Positions 17,749-26,520 of a DNA stretch of 64,000 nucleotides are shown piece by piece. Position numbers and translations under genes: made by a program. Under the pieces are notes generated by a model. It was not told where the DNA came from. It saw only the letters and a list, made by a program, of their open reading frames with translations, and searched no databases. The DNA is taken from assembly GCA_964452145.1 (NCBI GenBank), contig CAYVLA010000003.1, positions 32,001 to 96,000 of the forward strand, given 5' to 3'. This stretch comes from Candidatus Hadarchaeota archaeon (GTDB lineage Archaea > CAYQAE01 > CAYVLA01). Position 1 is the first letter of the stretch. The number at the start of each line of letters is the position of its first letter.

Positions 17749-18729
17749 TCACACGCCTACCGAGGTCCTCAAAGCCTCGTAGCCGCATTCCTCCATGCCC
17801 CTGGCGACCTCCTCCTGCAGCTTCTTGCCCGGCGTCAAAGCCACCATATAACCCCCCAGGCCTCCGCCCGTCATCTTCGCACCCCAGGCTCCGTGTTTTC
17901 TTGCCAACGAGACCAGCTCATCCAGCTTGGGATGCGACACCTCGATCTCCTGCAGTAGCCGGTGGTTCTGATCCATGAGTCTGCCGAGCGCCCTGAGGTC
18001 GCCGGCCTTCAGAGATGCCGTGGCCTTCTCCACCAGAACTCTGGATTCGTCGAATATCCTGGAATACTTGACAGGATCCCTATCCTTTCTCTCCCGGACC
18101 CCGGCCACCGCAGCCTTCGTGTCAGCCGTCACCCCGGTGTTACCCATTACTATCTCCACCGGCTTCTCCATCCGAATGCGATCAATCTTGTTGCTCCCGT
18201 CCGGGCATTTCTGAAATCGGAGGAGCCCGCCGTAGGTCGAAGCCGTATTGTCTATTCCCGAAGGGGTCCCGGCGTAGGCCTTCTCCCCCTCGAAGGCTAT
18301 CTCGTTTACCCGCCCGTCATCGAAACCGAGTCCAAACTCCTCGTTCAACGCTCTGGCGATCGAGACGCATACCGCTGCGCTGGCACCAACTCCCCCCACC
18401 GCCTTGAGGTCTCCAGCCAAGGTTATTCTGACAGGGTTTCGGACCGGGTCGAAGCCCGCTGCCCTAAGGACCCGCAGAACCGACTCCTTCTGTTGGTCGT
18501 ACTTCTCGGTTTTGTAGCCCGGGTTGGCAGGTCTGTTATCTTCCAGAACCCAGCCATCCCCGGCCATCGAGCCCTCCCTTCCGGACGCAACCAGCAATCC
18601 TGGGTCGGCCACCCTCTCCACGATTGCCTCGGTCTTGGAGTCGATCGCCGAAGCTATCGCCGGAATGCCGTAAACAACGAAGTGTTCGTTGTAGAGTATG
18701 ACCTTCCCGTAGCCACTACCGATTCCCAC
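17749..18729 (-). CDS. mvk: Mevalonate kinase (GHMP family)
   Basis: GKVILYNEHFVVYG, GGVGASAA, GTPSGIDN, GAKMTGGGLGG. Confidence 0.9.
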   Translation of the reverse strand: MGIGSGYGKVILYNEHFVVYGIPAIASAIDSKTEAIVERVADPGLLVASGREGSMAGDGWVLEDNRPANPGYKTEKYDQQKESVLRVLRAAGFDPVRNPVRITLAGDLKAVGGVGASAAVCVSIARALNEEFGLGFDDGRVNEIAFEGEKAYAGTPSGIDNTASTYGGLLRFQKCPDGSNKIDRIRMEKPVEIVMGNTGVTADTKAAVAGVRERKDRDPVKYSRIFDESRVLVEKATASLKAGDLRALGRLMDQNHRLLQEIEVSHPKLDELVSLARKHGAWGAKMTGGGLGGYMVALTPGKKLQEEVARGMEECGYEALRTSVGV

Positions 18730-18911
18730 GCCACCATCTCCTAGGCATCTTCACCGAGTCTCTAGGCCCCTGTTTATTACTGTCGGGGTCGGCCGACCCG
18801 GAGCATTCAGTCGGGGGGTTAGGCGTGAAGCACGTCAAATTATTATGGTTGACCAACAACCACGGGCCAGCACCCACCTCGAAGCCCGACCGCGCCCTCT
18901 GGTGGTAGTAC

Positions 18912-19733
18912 ATGCCCAGATTCGTCCTCAAGATAGGCGGCTCCTTCATCACCGAGAAATCCTCAAGTGACCTGTTCCCCGCGACCCTGGAGGGAATCAA
19001 GGCGGAGAGGGATCGCTTCGTAAGGATGGATCGACTCAGATCCATTGCGGGCGAGATCGCGCATGCGTTCAAGACCTGCCAGATCGTGTTGGTCCATGGC
19101 GCCGGCCCGTTTGGCCACGCCCTTGTGCAAAGAAGCCTTTCAGGTGCCCGCGTGGATCCTTTGGATATACACAGATCCATGCTGGTCCTGAACTCGGTCG
19201 TAAGAGATGCCCTTCGCGAGGCTGGCGTCCCCTCGACAACCTCGAGCCCTTTCGACCTTGTGACCCATGATGGCCGCTTCCATGCCGAGCGCCTCATCTC
19301 GGCGATGGCGCGGGATGCCGAAAGGGGACTCATGCCGACGTGCCACGGGGATCTGGTCCCGACAACCACCGGGGGTCTCCTGGGCCCGTACGAGGTCATC
19401 TCGGGCGATGTCCTGGCGAGCGACCTTGCGCTCGGCTGGTCAGCGGACAAGATCGTCATGGTGACCGACACGGACGGCATCCTGGATCGGGACCCAGCCC
19501 AAGGCGGCGGAAAGAGGATACCCAGAATCGGTGAGAAGGCGTGCGTTGAACTCCTCAGAGGGAGGGGAAGGAAAGGGGCGGATGTCACCGGCGGAATAGC
19601 CAGCAAGATCGCAGCCTGCCACCGGCCCCTATCCCATGGCATCCCTGTCCACGTGATCTCCGGCGAGAACAGAGGTGACCTGCTCGCCGCCGTGGCAGGC
19701 TTGGATGTGGGCACCATCATCGAAGCCCGGTGA
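18912..19733 (+). CDS. Isopentenyl phosphate kinase (amino-acid kinase family)
   Basis: LKIGGSFITEK, VHGAGPFGH (IPK His), HGD, ISGD, DVTGGI..K; divergent from mvk. Confidence 0.9.
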   Translation: MPRFVLKIGGSFITEKSSSDLFPATLEGIKAERDRFVRMDRLRSIAGEIAHAFKTCQIVLVHGAGPFGHALVQRSLSGARVDPLDIHRSMLVLNSVVRDALREAGVPSTTSSPFDLVTHDGRFHAERLISAMARDAERGLMPTCHGDLVPTTTGGLLGPYEVISGDVLASDLALGWSADKIVMVTDTDGILDRDPAQGGGKRIPRIGEKACVELLRGRGRKGADVTGGIASKIAACHRPLSHGIPVHVISGENRGDLLAAVAGLDVGTIIEAR

Positions 19734-21337
19734 CTCTTGGCTTGACGGACAAGTACATCGAGCATCCCCTGATCAAGGAAAGGACCGTGGAGGCGAGGCT
19801 ATATCAGCAACTCGTCTACGCCAAGGCCGTCAAGGCCAACACGCTCTTCGTCGCTCCCACCGCCCTCGGCAAGACCGTCCTCTGCGTCATGGTGGCAGCA
19901 CACCGGTTGCAGAGGGAGGGTGGAAGAATCATGGTTCTTGCACCCACCCGTCCACTGGTGCTGCAGCATGCCGGATCCTTCAGGAGATTCCTCGCCCTTC
20001 CGGAGGAATCAATCCTCGATTTCAGCGGAATGGTGTGTCCGGAGGAGAGGGAAGGACGTTGGCCCCTCGCCACGATTGCCATCGCCACGCCTCAGGTTGT
20101 CGAGAACGACCTGAGCTCGGGTCGGCTGCAGATGGGTCCCTATACCTTGGTGGTGTTCGATGAAGCCCATCGATCCGTTGGCAGCTATGCCTACGTGCCC
20201 ATAGCCAGGGCTTATAGGGAATCCAACCCGAAAGGCCTGATCCTCGGCTTGACCGCCTCCCCGGGCAACAGCGAGGATGTCGTTCGAGAGGTCTGCGAGA
20301 ACCTGGGCGTGGTCAATATCGAAGTCAGGGGCGATGATGACCCAGACGTGAGGCCCTACATAAACCCCGTGGAAATGGATTGGCGCATGTTGCCCATCCC
20401 GAAGGCGCTGCGGGAAGCCGCAGCTCCAATGCAGGACTACCTGGATACCCGCTTCCGGGATCTCCAGAATGCCGGGCTGATCCGCTCCCAACACCCGACG
20501 CGAAGGGACATTATCGAGGCGGGCAGGATACTGAGCATCGGCCCGGAGAGGTTCTCTGAGCGATTCGGTAAACCCCCCTATCTCTTCTACAAGTGCCTCA
20601 TGGACTACGCAACCGGACTCAAGGCCGAGCACGCTTTGGAGGTCCTCGAAACTCAGGGCGTGTCTCAGACCCTGACCTATCTGGAGCGCATGTCCCAGGG
20701 GTCGGGCGTGACGGGCTCGCCTCGTTCAACCCGGGCCTTCGTCCGGGATTCGCAAGTCGGACAGTTCGTCTCCTGCCTTAGGCGGTTAGCGGATGCCGGG
20801 ATCGAACACCCCAAGATTGCCCAGGTGCAGGAGATCGTCTCAGAGGAGTTGTCGCGCAATCCCCAGAGCCGGGTCATCATCTTCACGAACTTCAGGGATA
20901 CGGTCGACCTCATCGTCGAGCGCCTATCCCAGCGACCTGGTATGAAGGTGACGGGCTTCGTTGGGCAGTCCTCCAGAAGGTCGAGAGGCCTCACGCAGCG
21001 GGAACAGGGAGCCATCTTAGACCTCTTCAGAAGAGGAGGGTACAACATCCTGGTTGCCACCTCCGTCGCAGAGGAGGGACTCGACATCGCCGAGGTCCAG
21101 ATGGTGGTCTTCTACGATTGCACGGCAAGCGCCATTCGCAACATTCAGAGAAGAGGGCGAACCGGCAGAAGGGGAGCCGGAAAGGTCGTCGTCCTCATAG
21201 CGGAGGCGACCAGGGAGGAGGCTTACCACTGGGCCGGGCAGTCAAGGGAAAGGCGGATGCGGAGTTACCTCAGGAATCTGGATACGGATCTGAAGAAGCG
21301 ACAGCTCAAACTCGACGGTTTCGTCCGGGGAGCCTAG
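19730..21337 (+). CDS. Hef/FANCM-like SF2 DEAH helicase without ERCC4 nuclease domain; C-terminal PIP-box-like motif
   Basis: EARLYQ, APTALGKT, DEAHR, GLTASPG, ATSVAEEGLDI, QRRGRTGR; ends RQLKLDGF. Confidence 0.88.
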   Translation: MTLGLTDKYIEHPLIKERTVEARLYQQLVYAKAVKANTLFVAPTALGKTVLCVMVAAHRLQREGGRIMVLAPTRPLVLQHAGSFRRFLALPEESILDFSGMVCPEEREGRWPLATIAIATPQVVENDLSSGRLQMGPYTLVVFDEAHRSVGSYAYVPIARAYRESNPKGLILGLTASPGNSEDVVREVCENLGVVNIEVRGDDDPDVRPYINPVEMDWRMLPIPKALREAAAPMQDYLDTRFRDLQNAGLIRSQHPTRRDIIEAGRILSIGPERFSERFGKPPYLFYKCLMDYATGLKAEHALEVLETQGVSQTLTYLERMSQGSGVTGSPRSTRAFVRDSQVGQFVSCLRRLADAGIEHPKIAQVQEIVSEELSRNPQSRVIIFTNFRDTVDLIVERLSQRPGMKVTGFVGQSSRRSRGLTQREQGAILDLFRRGGYNILVATSVAEEGLDIAEVQMVVFYDCTASAIRNIQRRGRTGRRGAGKVVVLIAEATREEAYHWAGQSRERRMRSYLRNLDTDLKKRQLKLDGFVRGA

Positions 21338-21660
21338 GCCTTTCTTCGAAATTCCCTCTTCCGCAGGATTCGGAGGAGGACGCACTTGAGCTTGTAGTTG
21401 TCGGCGCACTCCTTGTGCTTCATCTCGAACTCGACCGCGGCGAGGATGTCTTCGGTCTTACCCTTGATACCCTTGGCGAACATGCCCATGCTGGCCCTGC
21501 TGTACAGATCGGCCGACTCGCGGTACAGCTCGGCGGCTTTCTTCAAAAGCGAGACCCTGAGCTGATGATCGCCTCTCTCCTGGTAGGCCTTGATGAGGCA
21601 CATATCGGCCTGACCCTCCAACCATGACGCTTTTCTCACGCTGTCGGCTTCAAATCGCAA
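21334..21660 (-). CDS. Small helical hypothetical protein (TPR/SNAP-like)
   Basis: 108 aa with LLKKAAELYRESADLYSRA; AT-rich upstream region suggests its own promoter. Confidence 0.55.
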   Translation of the reverse strand: MRFEADSVRKASWLEGQADMCLIKAYQERGDHQLRVSLLKKAAELYRESADLYSRASMGMFAKGIKGKTEDILAAVEFEMKHKECADNYKLKCVLLRILRKREFRRKA

Positions 21661-21841
21661 CGGAGCACCGGGATGGCGTTGAGACCCCCCAGATTATAAA
21701 TCTTATTCGATGTAAGGTAATCAAAGAAAGTCTACCGAACAATTTGGCTGCACAAAAATGAACATCCAAGTGTATTCTATCAATACTTTTGGCTGGTTTC
21801 AGCACCAAAAAGCATCTGCGGCCCTGAAGGAAGGCCACCTG

Positions 21842-22684
21842 CTAGCCGGCGAGCCTCAGGGCCAGATCCAGGGACCTAACCGAGTGCGTCAAGGCACCGA
21901 CGGAGATCACGTCCACGCCGAGGCCGGCGATCTGGGAAACGTTCTCCAAGGAGATGCTTCCCGAGGCCTCCAGAAGAACGGCATGCCTAAGCCCCTGCGT
22001 CTCAAGCGCCTTGATCGTCCCGCTCATCTCGCCAATGGACATGTTATCCAGCATTATGATGTCCGCACCTGCCTTGGCGCAGCTGAGGGCATCCTGGATG
22101 GTCCCGACCTCGACTTCCACTTTTCGTGTGAAGCTGCCCTTGGCCTTGGCCCTCCGGACGCACTCCCCAGCATCCCCCACCTCTGCGACATGGTTGCTCT
22201 TTATCAGTATCAGATCGTGCAACGCCATTCTGTGGGCATCGCCTCCGCCCATCTCTACCGCTCTCTTGTCCAGCCATCTGAGCCCGGGGGCCGTTTTCCT
22301 CGTTGCAGCAATCACCACCCTGGCATTGCCCCTCCTCGCCGCCTCGACATATCGGGCGGTTTCAGTTGCTATCCCGCTCATTCTTGCCATCATGTTTAGG
22401 AGAGTCCTCTCCACCATCAGAATGCGCTGGTTCAGGCCCTTCATTCTGAGGATCGTTCCGGGGGGCATCCTGCTTCCATCCTTGACGGACTCCAACACCC
22501 GGATGCCGACGAGATCCAGCAATTCTACTGCCTCTCTGATGCCTGCAATAACACCGCCCTCCCTGGAAACGACCGCGGCCTCCACCTCCCGAGGCTCGAC
22601 CAGCAGTTCCGTCGTCACGTCTCCGAAGACGAGATCCTCCTCCAAGAATGCCTTCAACCGATCCCTAATCACAAAATCCGTCAA
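21842..22684 (-). CDS. nadC: Nicotinate-nucleotide pyrophosphorylase (quinolinate phosphoribosyltransferase)
   Basis: EEDL..GDVTT, ERTLLN...MSGIAT, TRKTAPG, HR, EVEV, IMLDN, EASG, ISVGALTHS. Confidence 0.96.
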   Translation of the reverse strand: MTDFVIRDRLKAFLEEDLVFGDVTTELLVEPREVEAAVVSREGGVIAGIREAVELLDLVGIRVLESVKDGSRMPPGTILRMKGLNQRILMVERTLLNMMARMSGIATETARYVEAARRGNARVVIAATRKTAPGLRWLDKRAVEMGGGDAHRMALHDLILIKSNHVAEVGDAGECVRRAKAKGSFTRKVEVEVGTIQDALSCAKAGADIIMLDNMSIGEMSGTIKALETQGLRHAVLLEASGSISLENVSQIAGLGVDVISVGALTHSVRSLDLALRLAG

Positions 22685-22688
22685 CCGA

Positions 22689-23624
22689 TCACCCGCCGCT
22701 CACTTCCAGCATACGCTTGGTCGCCCTTCGCACCTCTCTGGCCACATCGGGGGCCACGGCAACCTCATAGGCGTCGTTCTCCAAGCTCTCTGCAACCCTC
22801 TTCAGGGTCACCTCCTGCATCCCCCTACAATGCGCCGTGTCCAGAATGGGGTAGAACCGCTTGGATGGAAACTTGTAGCCGAGGGTCTGGGCCATGGTGG
22901 TTTCGGTGCCCACGACGAATTCCTCTTTTCCGGATTTCCTCGCCTCCTCCACCATGCCTCCAGTGCTCAGGACGCTGTCCGCAAGATCTACGACATCCGG
23001 ATCGCACTCCGGATGGACCATTACTTCGGCCGTGGGATGAGCCTGTCTAGCTTTCAGCACGTGATCGGGTCGGATCATCTTGTGAACGTAGCAGCATCCG
23101 TCGGCCGGAAGATGGACGATTCTCTTGCCTGGCACTTTTCTGGCAACGTAGAGCCCAAGATTCCTGTCGGGTCCGAAGAGGATCTCTCTCTCCTCCAGTG
23201 CGGACACGATCCGCACGGCGTTCGCCGAGGTACAGAGGATGTCGGCCTCGGCCTTCGCCTCGGCCAACGAGTTCACGTAGAGGACCACTGCCGCACCCGG
23301 GTATTCCCGCCTAGCCCGCCTCACCGACTCCGCCCCCAGCATCGCCGCCATCTCGCACACGGCGTTGCGGGATGGAACAAGCACCTTCTTCCCCGGGTTC
23401 AGCACCGCAGCACTCTCCGCCATGAAATCCACGCCGCAGAAAACGATCTCCTCAAAGTCCTCCGCACGCGCGGCAGCCATGCAGAGCTCCAGAGAATCGC
23501 CGACGTGGTCGCTGACCTTCTGGACTTCGATCCGCTGGTAGTTATGACATAGGATGAGGGCCTTCTTGTCAGCCTTCAGTTCTAGGATCCGCCGCTTGAT
23601 CTGCAGTTCCTCCGTCATCCGCAA
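22689..23624 (-). CDS. nadA: Quinolinate synthase
   Basis: HNYQ, GDSLEL, CGVDFMAE, YVNS, CTSANA, PDRNLG, CYVH, HPEC. Confidence 0.96.
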   Translation of the reverse strand: MRMTEELQIKRRILELKADKKALILCHNYQRIEVQKVSDHVGDSLELCMAAARAEDFEEIVFCGVDFMAESAAVLNPGKKVLVPSRNAVCEMAAMLGAESVRRARREYPGAAVVLYVNSLAEAKAEADILCTSANAVRIVSALEEREILFGPDRNLGLYVARKVPGKRIVHLPADGCCYVHKMIRPDHVLKARQAHPTAEVMVHPECDPDVVDLADSVLSTGGMVEEARKSGKEEFVVGTETTMAQTLGYKFPSKRFYPILDTAHCRGMQEVTLKRVAESLENDAYEVAVAPDVAREVRRATKRMLEVSGG

Positions 23625-23629
23625 TCGAC

Positions 23630-24418
23630 CTAGGTACCGATGACGAGGCAGTCCTGCATCCCCCGGATGCTACGGATAACCGAAAGGGCCGCCAGATAGC
23701 TCGTTCTGGGGTTGTCAGGCGAGGGGACGTTTGAGACCATGAACCTTGCATGCCCGAAGTCCCCCCGAATCCTGACTTCGTGGACGTTGGCGTGGACCTT
23801 CGGGTCGGCGACTATCTTCACCTTCACGTCGCACCCGGAGGCCAGTGCCAGCGATGCGGCGACGTTGATGTTCTCTGGAAAGAGCTTCACGGCCTCGCTA
23901 GCATCGCCACGAAAGATCACCTTCCGCCGGGCCCCCGCCCCGGCCCCCGGTAGGCTTCTTGGGTTCTTCGTGGTGGTAAGACTCACGGACTCCACGCCCT
24001 TCATCGCGCAAGCCTTGAGCAAATCCAGGCCCCCGATTGCTCCGGAAGGGACGATGATCCTTCTTCCATGCGATGTGGCTGACTCTACAAGCCTGCTTCT
24101 CAGCGACCCATCCAGAAACGCCCCAACGCTCAGAACGACTAGATCCTTGCCTTTTTGGAGGATCCTCTCGCCGTATTGGCGTACGGCTTCGATCGACGCG
24201 GCTTCGACGACAACCTGGATCGGAGAATCGAGAAACTCCTCAAAGTCCCGCTTGGATAGCTCGGCCCTGCCAAGGACTTGGGCAAGGGCGCGCGATCTCG
24301 CTGGAAGAGAGTCAAACAGCGCTCCTATCTCTACGGCAAGCTCTCCGTCCTTGGTTGCCCTTGCGATGATTCCACCTATATTGCCACAGCCAAGCAATCC
24401 GATGATCGTTGACGTCAC
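23630..24418 (-). CDS. nadX: L-aspartate dehydrogenase
   Basis: GCGNIG, VEAAS, SVGA, PSGAIGGLD, FPENINVAA, NVH, NPRTSYLAALS. Confidence 0.95.
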   Translation of the reverse strand: MTSTIIGLLGCGNIGGIIARATKDGELAVEIGALFDSLPARSRALAQVLGRAELSKRDFEEFLDSPIQVVVEAASIEAVRQYGERILQKGKDLVVLSVGAFLDGSLRSRLVESATSHGRRIIVPSGAIGGLDLLKACAMKGVESVSLTTTKNPRSLPGAGAGARRKVIFRGDASEAVKLFPENINVAASLALASGCDVKVKIVADPKVHANVHEVRIRGDFGHARFMVSNVPSPDNPRTSYLAALSVIRSIRGMQDCLVIGT

Positions 24419-24462
24419 TTCCGGGAATGCTTCACTAACCGGAACGCGGCTATTAAGTGTCT

Positions 24463-24894
24463 TCAGCCAGCTTCAACCTGGGCCGAGGTTCCCGCTGTCC
24501 TGACCTCAGCCTCAATGATGCGTTCCAGAAGCGCGAGAAGGTCGGAAAGGGCCTCCACGTTCAGCATGACGCTGACCGTTTCGCCCTCGCCCTCAAGCCG
24601 CTTGGCGTACTCCCCTATCTTGCCGAGAACAGCCCGCCTTGCATCGGCGAGGGCCGAAGATGCATCCACGGCGCCCGGTGTCGGCAGCTTGGGGATCGAA
24701 GCCTTCGGCTGGACCTGTTTTGGTTCCTTGGCGGGGACCTCCCTCCCAGGTGTGGACGCTCCTTCCTCCCATCCGCACCTGGGGCAGAAGGTCCTGCCCT
24801 GAAACTGGAAAAGTGGAGCGTTGCACTCGGGGCAGCTTCTGTTCAACATCTTGCCGCCCTTGAGGAGCAGATCGGCCATGTCCTTGATATCCAT
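24463..24894 (-). CDS. UPF0148 / Sjogren-scleroderma autoantigen-1-like zinc-ribbon protein
   Basis: MADLLLKGGKMLNRSCPECNAPLF...FCPRC; divergent from the UPF0147 gene. Confidence 0.85.
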   Translation of the reverse strand: MDIKDMADLLLKGGKMLNRSCPECNAPLFQFQGRTFCPRCGWEEGASTPGREVPAKEPKQVQPKASIPKLPTPGAVDASSALADARRAVLGKIGEYAKRLEGEGETVSVMLNVEALSDLLALLERIIEAEVRTAGTSAQVEAG

Positions 24895-24957
24895 TCGACC
24901 GCCCGAAAAGAGATAAATAGACCCCAGCTTAAAGGTTTATTCAGGAGGGGTCATTGG

Positions 24958-25215
24958 ATGGATGTTGAGGAGAAGATTAATGCCGTCTCTCGCGTTCTTG
25001 AGCAGATCACTGAGGATACCTCGGTACCCCGAAACATAAGGAGGGCCGCGAAGGAAGCTGCTGACTGGCTTCAGGACAGGAAGCACACGCCGGGGGTCAG
25101 GGCCAGCTCGGCGGTGAATATCTTGGACGAGATCAGTGAAGACCCCAACATGCCAGTTCACACCAGAACCATGATCTGGAGCATAGTCAGCGAGTTGGAA
25201 GTCATCCAAGACTGA
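24958..25215 (+). CDS. UPF0147 family protein
   Basis: DTSVPRNIRRAA, LDEISEDPNMPVHTRTMIW; AGGAGGGG upstream of ATG 24958. Confidence 0.92.
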   Translation: MDVEEKINAVSRVLEQITEDTSVPRNIRRAAKEAADWLQDRKHTPGVRASSAVNILDEISEDPNMPVHTRTMIWSIVSELEVIQD

Positions 25216-25263
25216 CAGGCGTGAAGCCGGGCAGAGGGCCCGCCCACGCAGGCCCCGAGATAG

Positions 25264-25371
25264 CTAGTAGACCACATACTGGAGGATGTACCAGATCATG
25301 GCCAAGACAAGAACCCAGTATGCGATGCTGAAGTAGAGAAACCTCAACCGGATTGCACCTAGCGGTCCCAC
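25264..25371 (-). CDS. 35-aa single-pass membrane microprotein (not in ORF track)
   Basis: GTG...TAG encodes MGPLGAIRLRFLYFSIAYWVLVLAMIWYILQYVVY; preceded by AT-rich TATTTTTAAG and AGGAGG. Confidence 0.55.
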   Translation of the reverse strand: MGPLGAIRLRFLYFSIAYWVLVLAMIWYILQYVVY

Positions 25372-25433
25372 CCTCCTACCACTTAAAAATATTTTCAAGC
25401 GGGAAGCGGCCGATGCCGCTCAAAAGAGGGCGA

Positions 25434-26051
25434 TCAGGACTGATCGGGCCCATCGGGTGCTGGTGGACTCTTATTTTTGATGATGGAATAATTCTGGACG
25501 TTCTTTCCGTCATCCACGGCATCAAGAATGAGATCTGACAGATAGAAGAGGGCGGGGTGCAGCTTGTACTCCACTTCATCGTGTCTTCTGGCATCCTCCA
25601 GAACGACCACCGGACACCGTTGCGAGACGATCCTCAAAGAAGGGTAGACCGACTCCCACAGCTTCCTCTTCGCCCTATATCGCTCAGGGGGATCGAACTC
25701 CGCGACAAGGGAACTCGCCCTGTTCAGGAGTATCATGCCTAGGTCGGGTATCGAAGCGGCAGCCTTCAGATCGGCCTTGAGGGCTTCCGCATCCTCGGGA
25801 TGGCTCACCAGCACCCTCGCAGCCTCCTCCTTGGATAGCAGGGGCCTTTCGCGCTCAAGGGCCACGGTACGATCGCAATCCAGTACGAGGCATTTCAGGC
25901 CGTCTCTTGCCCTCTCGATACAAAGCCCTATGCCCAGCCCAACATTGGCCCGCGGATGATAGCCGAGAAACAGACAGATACCCTGCCCCGAGATGAGGCC
26001 CGCGGCCTCGCAGCGGGAGAGGATGCGATCCTCCGCGGTCGACTCAGCCAC
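25434..26051 (-). CDS. Divergent RecA/RadB-fold protein, apparently lacking the Walker A lysine
   Basis: Strand/helix pattern CLVLDCD...RVLVSHP...GMILLNRASSL...CPVVVL...LFYLSDLIL. GTG start at 26051; the listed longer ORF runs into the tRNA. Confidence 0.5.
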   Translation of the reverse strand: MAESTAEDRILSRCEAAGLISGQGICLFLGYHPRANVGLGIGLCIERARDGLKCLVLDCDRTVALERERPLLSKEEAARVLVSHPEDAEALKADLKAAASIPDLGMILLNRASSLVAEFDPPERYRAKRKLWESVYPSLRIVSQRCPVVVLEDARRHDEVEYKLHPALFYLSDLILDAVDDGKNVQNYSIIKNKSPPAPDGPDQS

Positions 26052-26066
26052 TCCCCTGGAGGAGGA

Positions 26067-26198
26067 TAGCCCGGTACGGATTTCCGGCCGTGAATTGGCA
26101 TTCGAACCGCAGTCCACGGATCTCCCCGAATCGAGTTCACCAGAGTCCGTGATGCTTTCGTGGAGGGCTAGTGCCCTTGACCACTACACCACCGGGCT
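26067..26198 (-). tRNA. tRNA-Gln(CTG) with three BHB introns (26158-26178 D-loop; 26122-26139 at 37/38; 26081-26100 at 59/60)
   Basis: Spliced product AGCCCGG-TG-GTGTAGTGGTCAAGCAT-C-ACGGA-CTCTGGA-TCCGT-GGAC-TGCGG-TTCGAAT-CCGTA-CCGGGCT-A (73 nt) has the A1-U72 pair typical of archaeal tRNA-Gln. Confidence 0.93.
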
Positions 26199-26520
26199 AT
26201 GCGCAAGACCCACTTTGGCCCGCCTTGTCTCTTAACTATTTCCTGCCAAGCTGCCAAGCCCCTAGCCCATCACAACCCGCTGCACGGGTCCGGGCTTCTT
26301 CAGGCATTTTCACAGGGAGATGGGCATACCGGGCTGGTAGTATTGGAATCAAATGGACTAGGCCCCGGCGAAGAGTCTTCCACGTGACAATCGCCATTCA
26401 CGCGACAGCCAAGTCGGGGCGCGAAGGCTTAGGGCGAACCACAAGCGGGAGGCCCACTCTCACTCTTCCCTAAGAAAGAGATATTAGACATATGCCGCCT
26501 TCCGGGCACAGAGGGATAGC

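Noticed and set aside
17690..17750. ATGATGA...CCGA on the minus strand as a C/D sRNA
   Set aside because: Only one good box and no recognisable target; the region is better explained as an internal promoter for ubiD.
21954..23552. 532-aa + strand ORF
   Set aside because: Antisense shadow of nadC/nadA in GC-rich DNA; no motifs.
24457..24957. Long N-terminal extension of the UPF0147 ORF
   Set aside because: Antisense to the UPF0148 gene; homology starts at ATG 24958.
26052..26117. Listed start of the 227-aa ORF
   Set aside because: Lies inside tRNA-Gln; GTG 26051 is preferred.
26200..26520. Short ORFs and an 8-nt match to the tRNA-Gln 5' end upstream of the tRNA
   Set aside because: No coding signal; the match is too short to indicate an att site or split tRNA.
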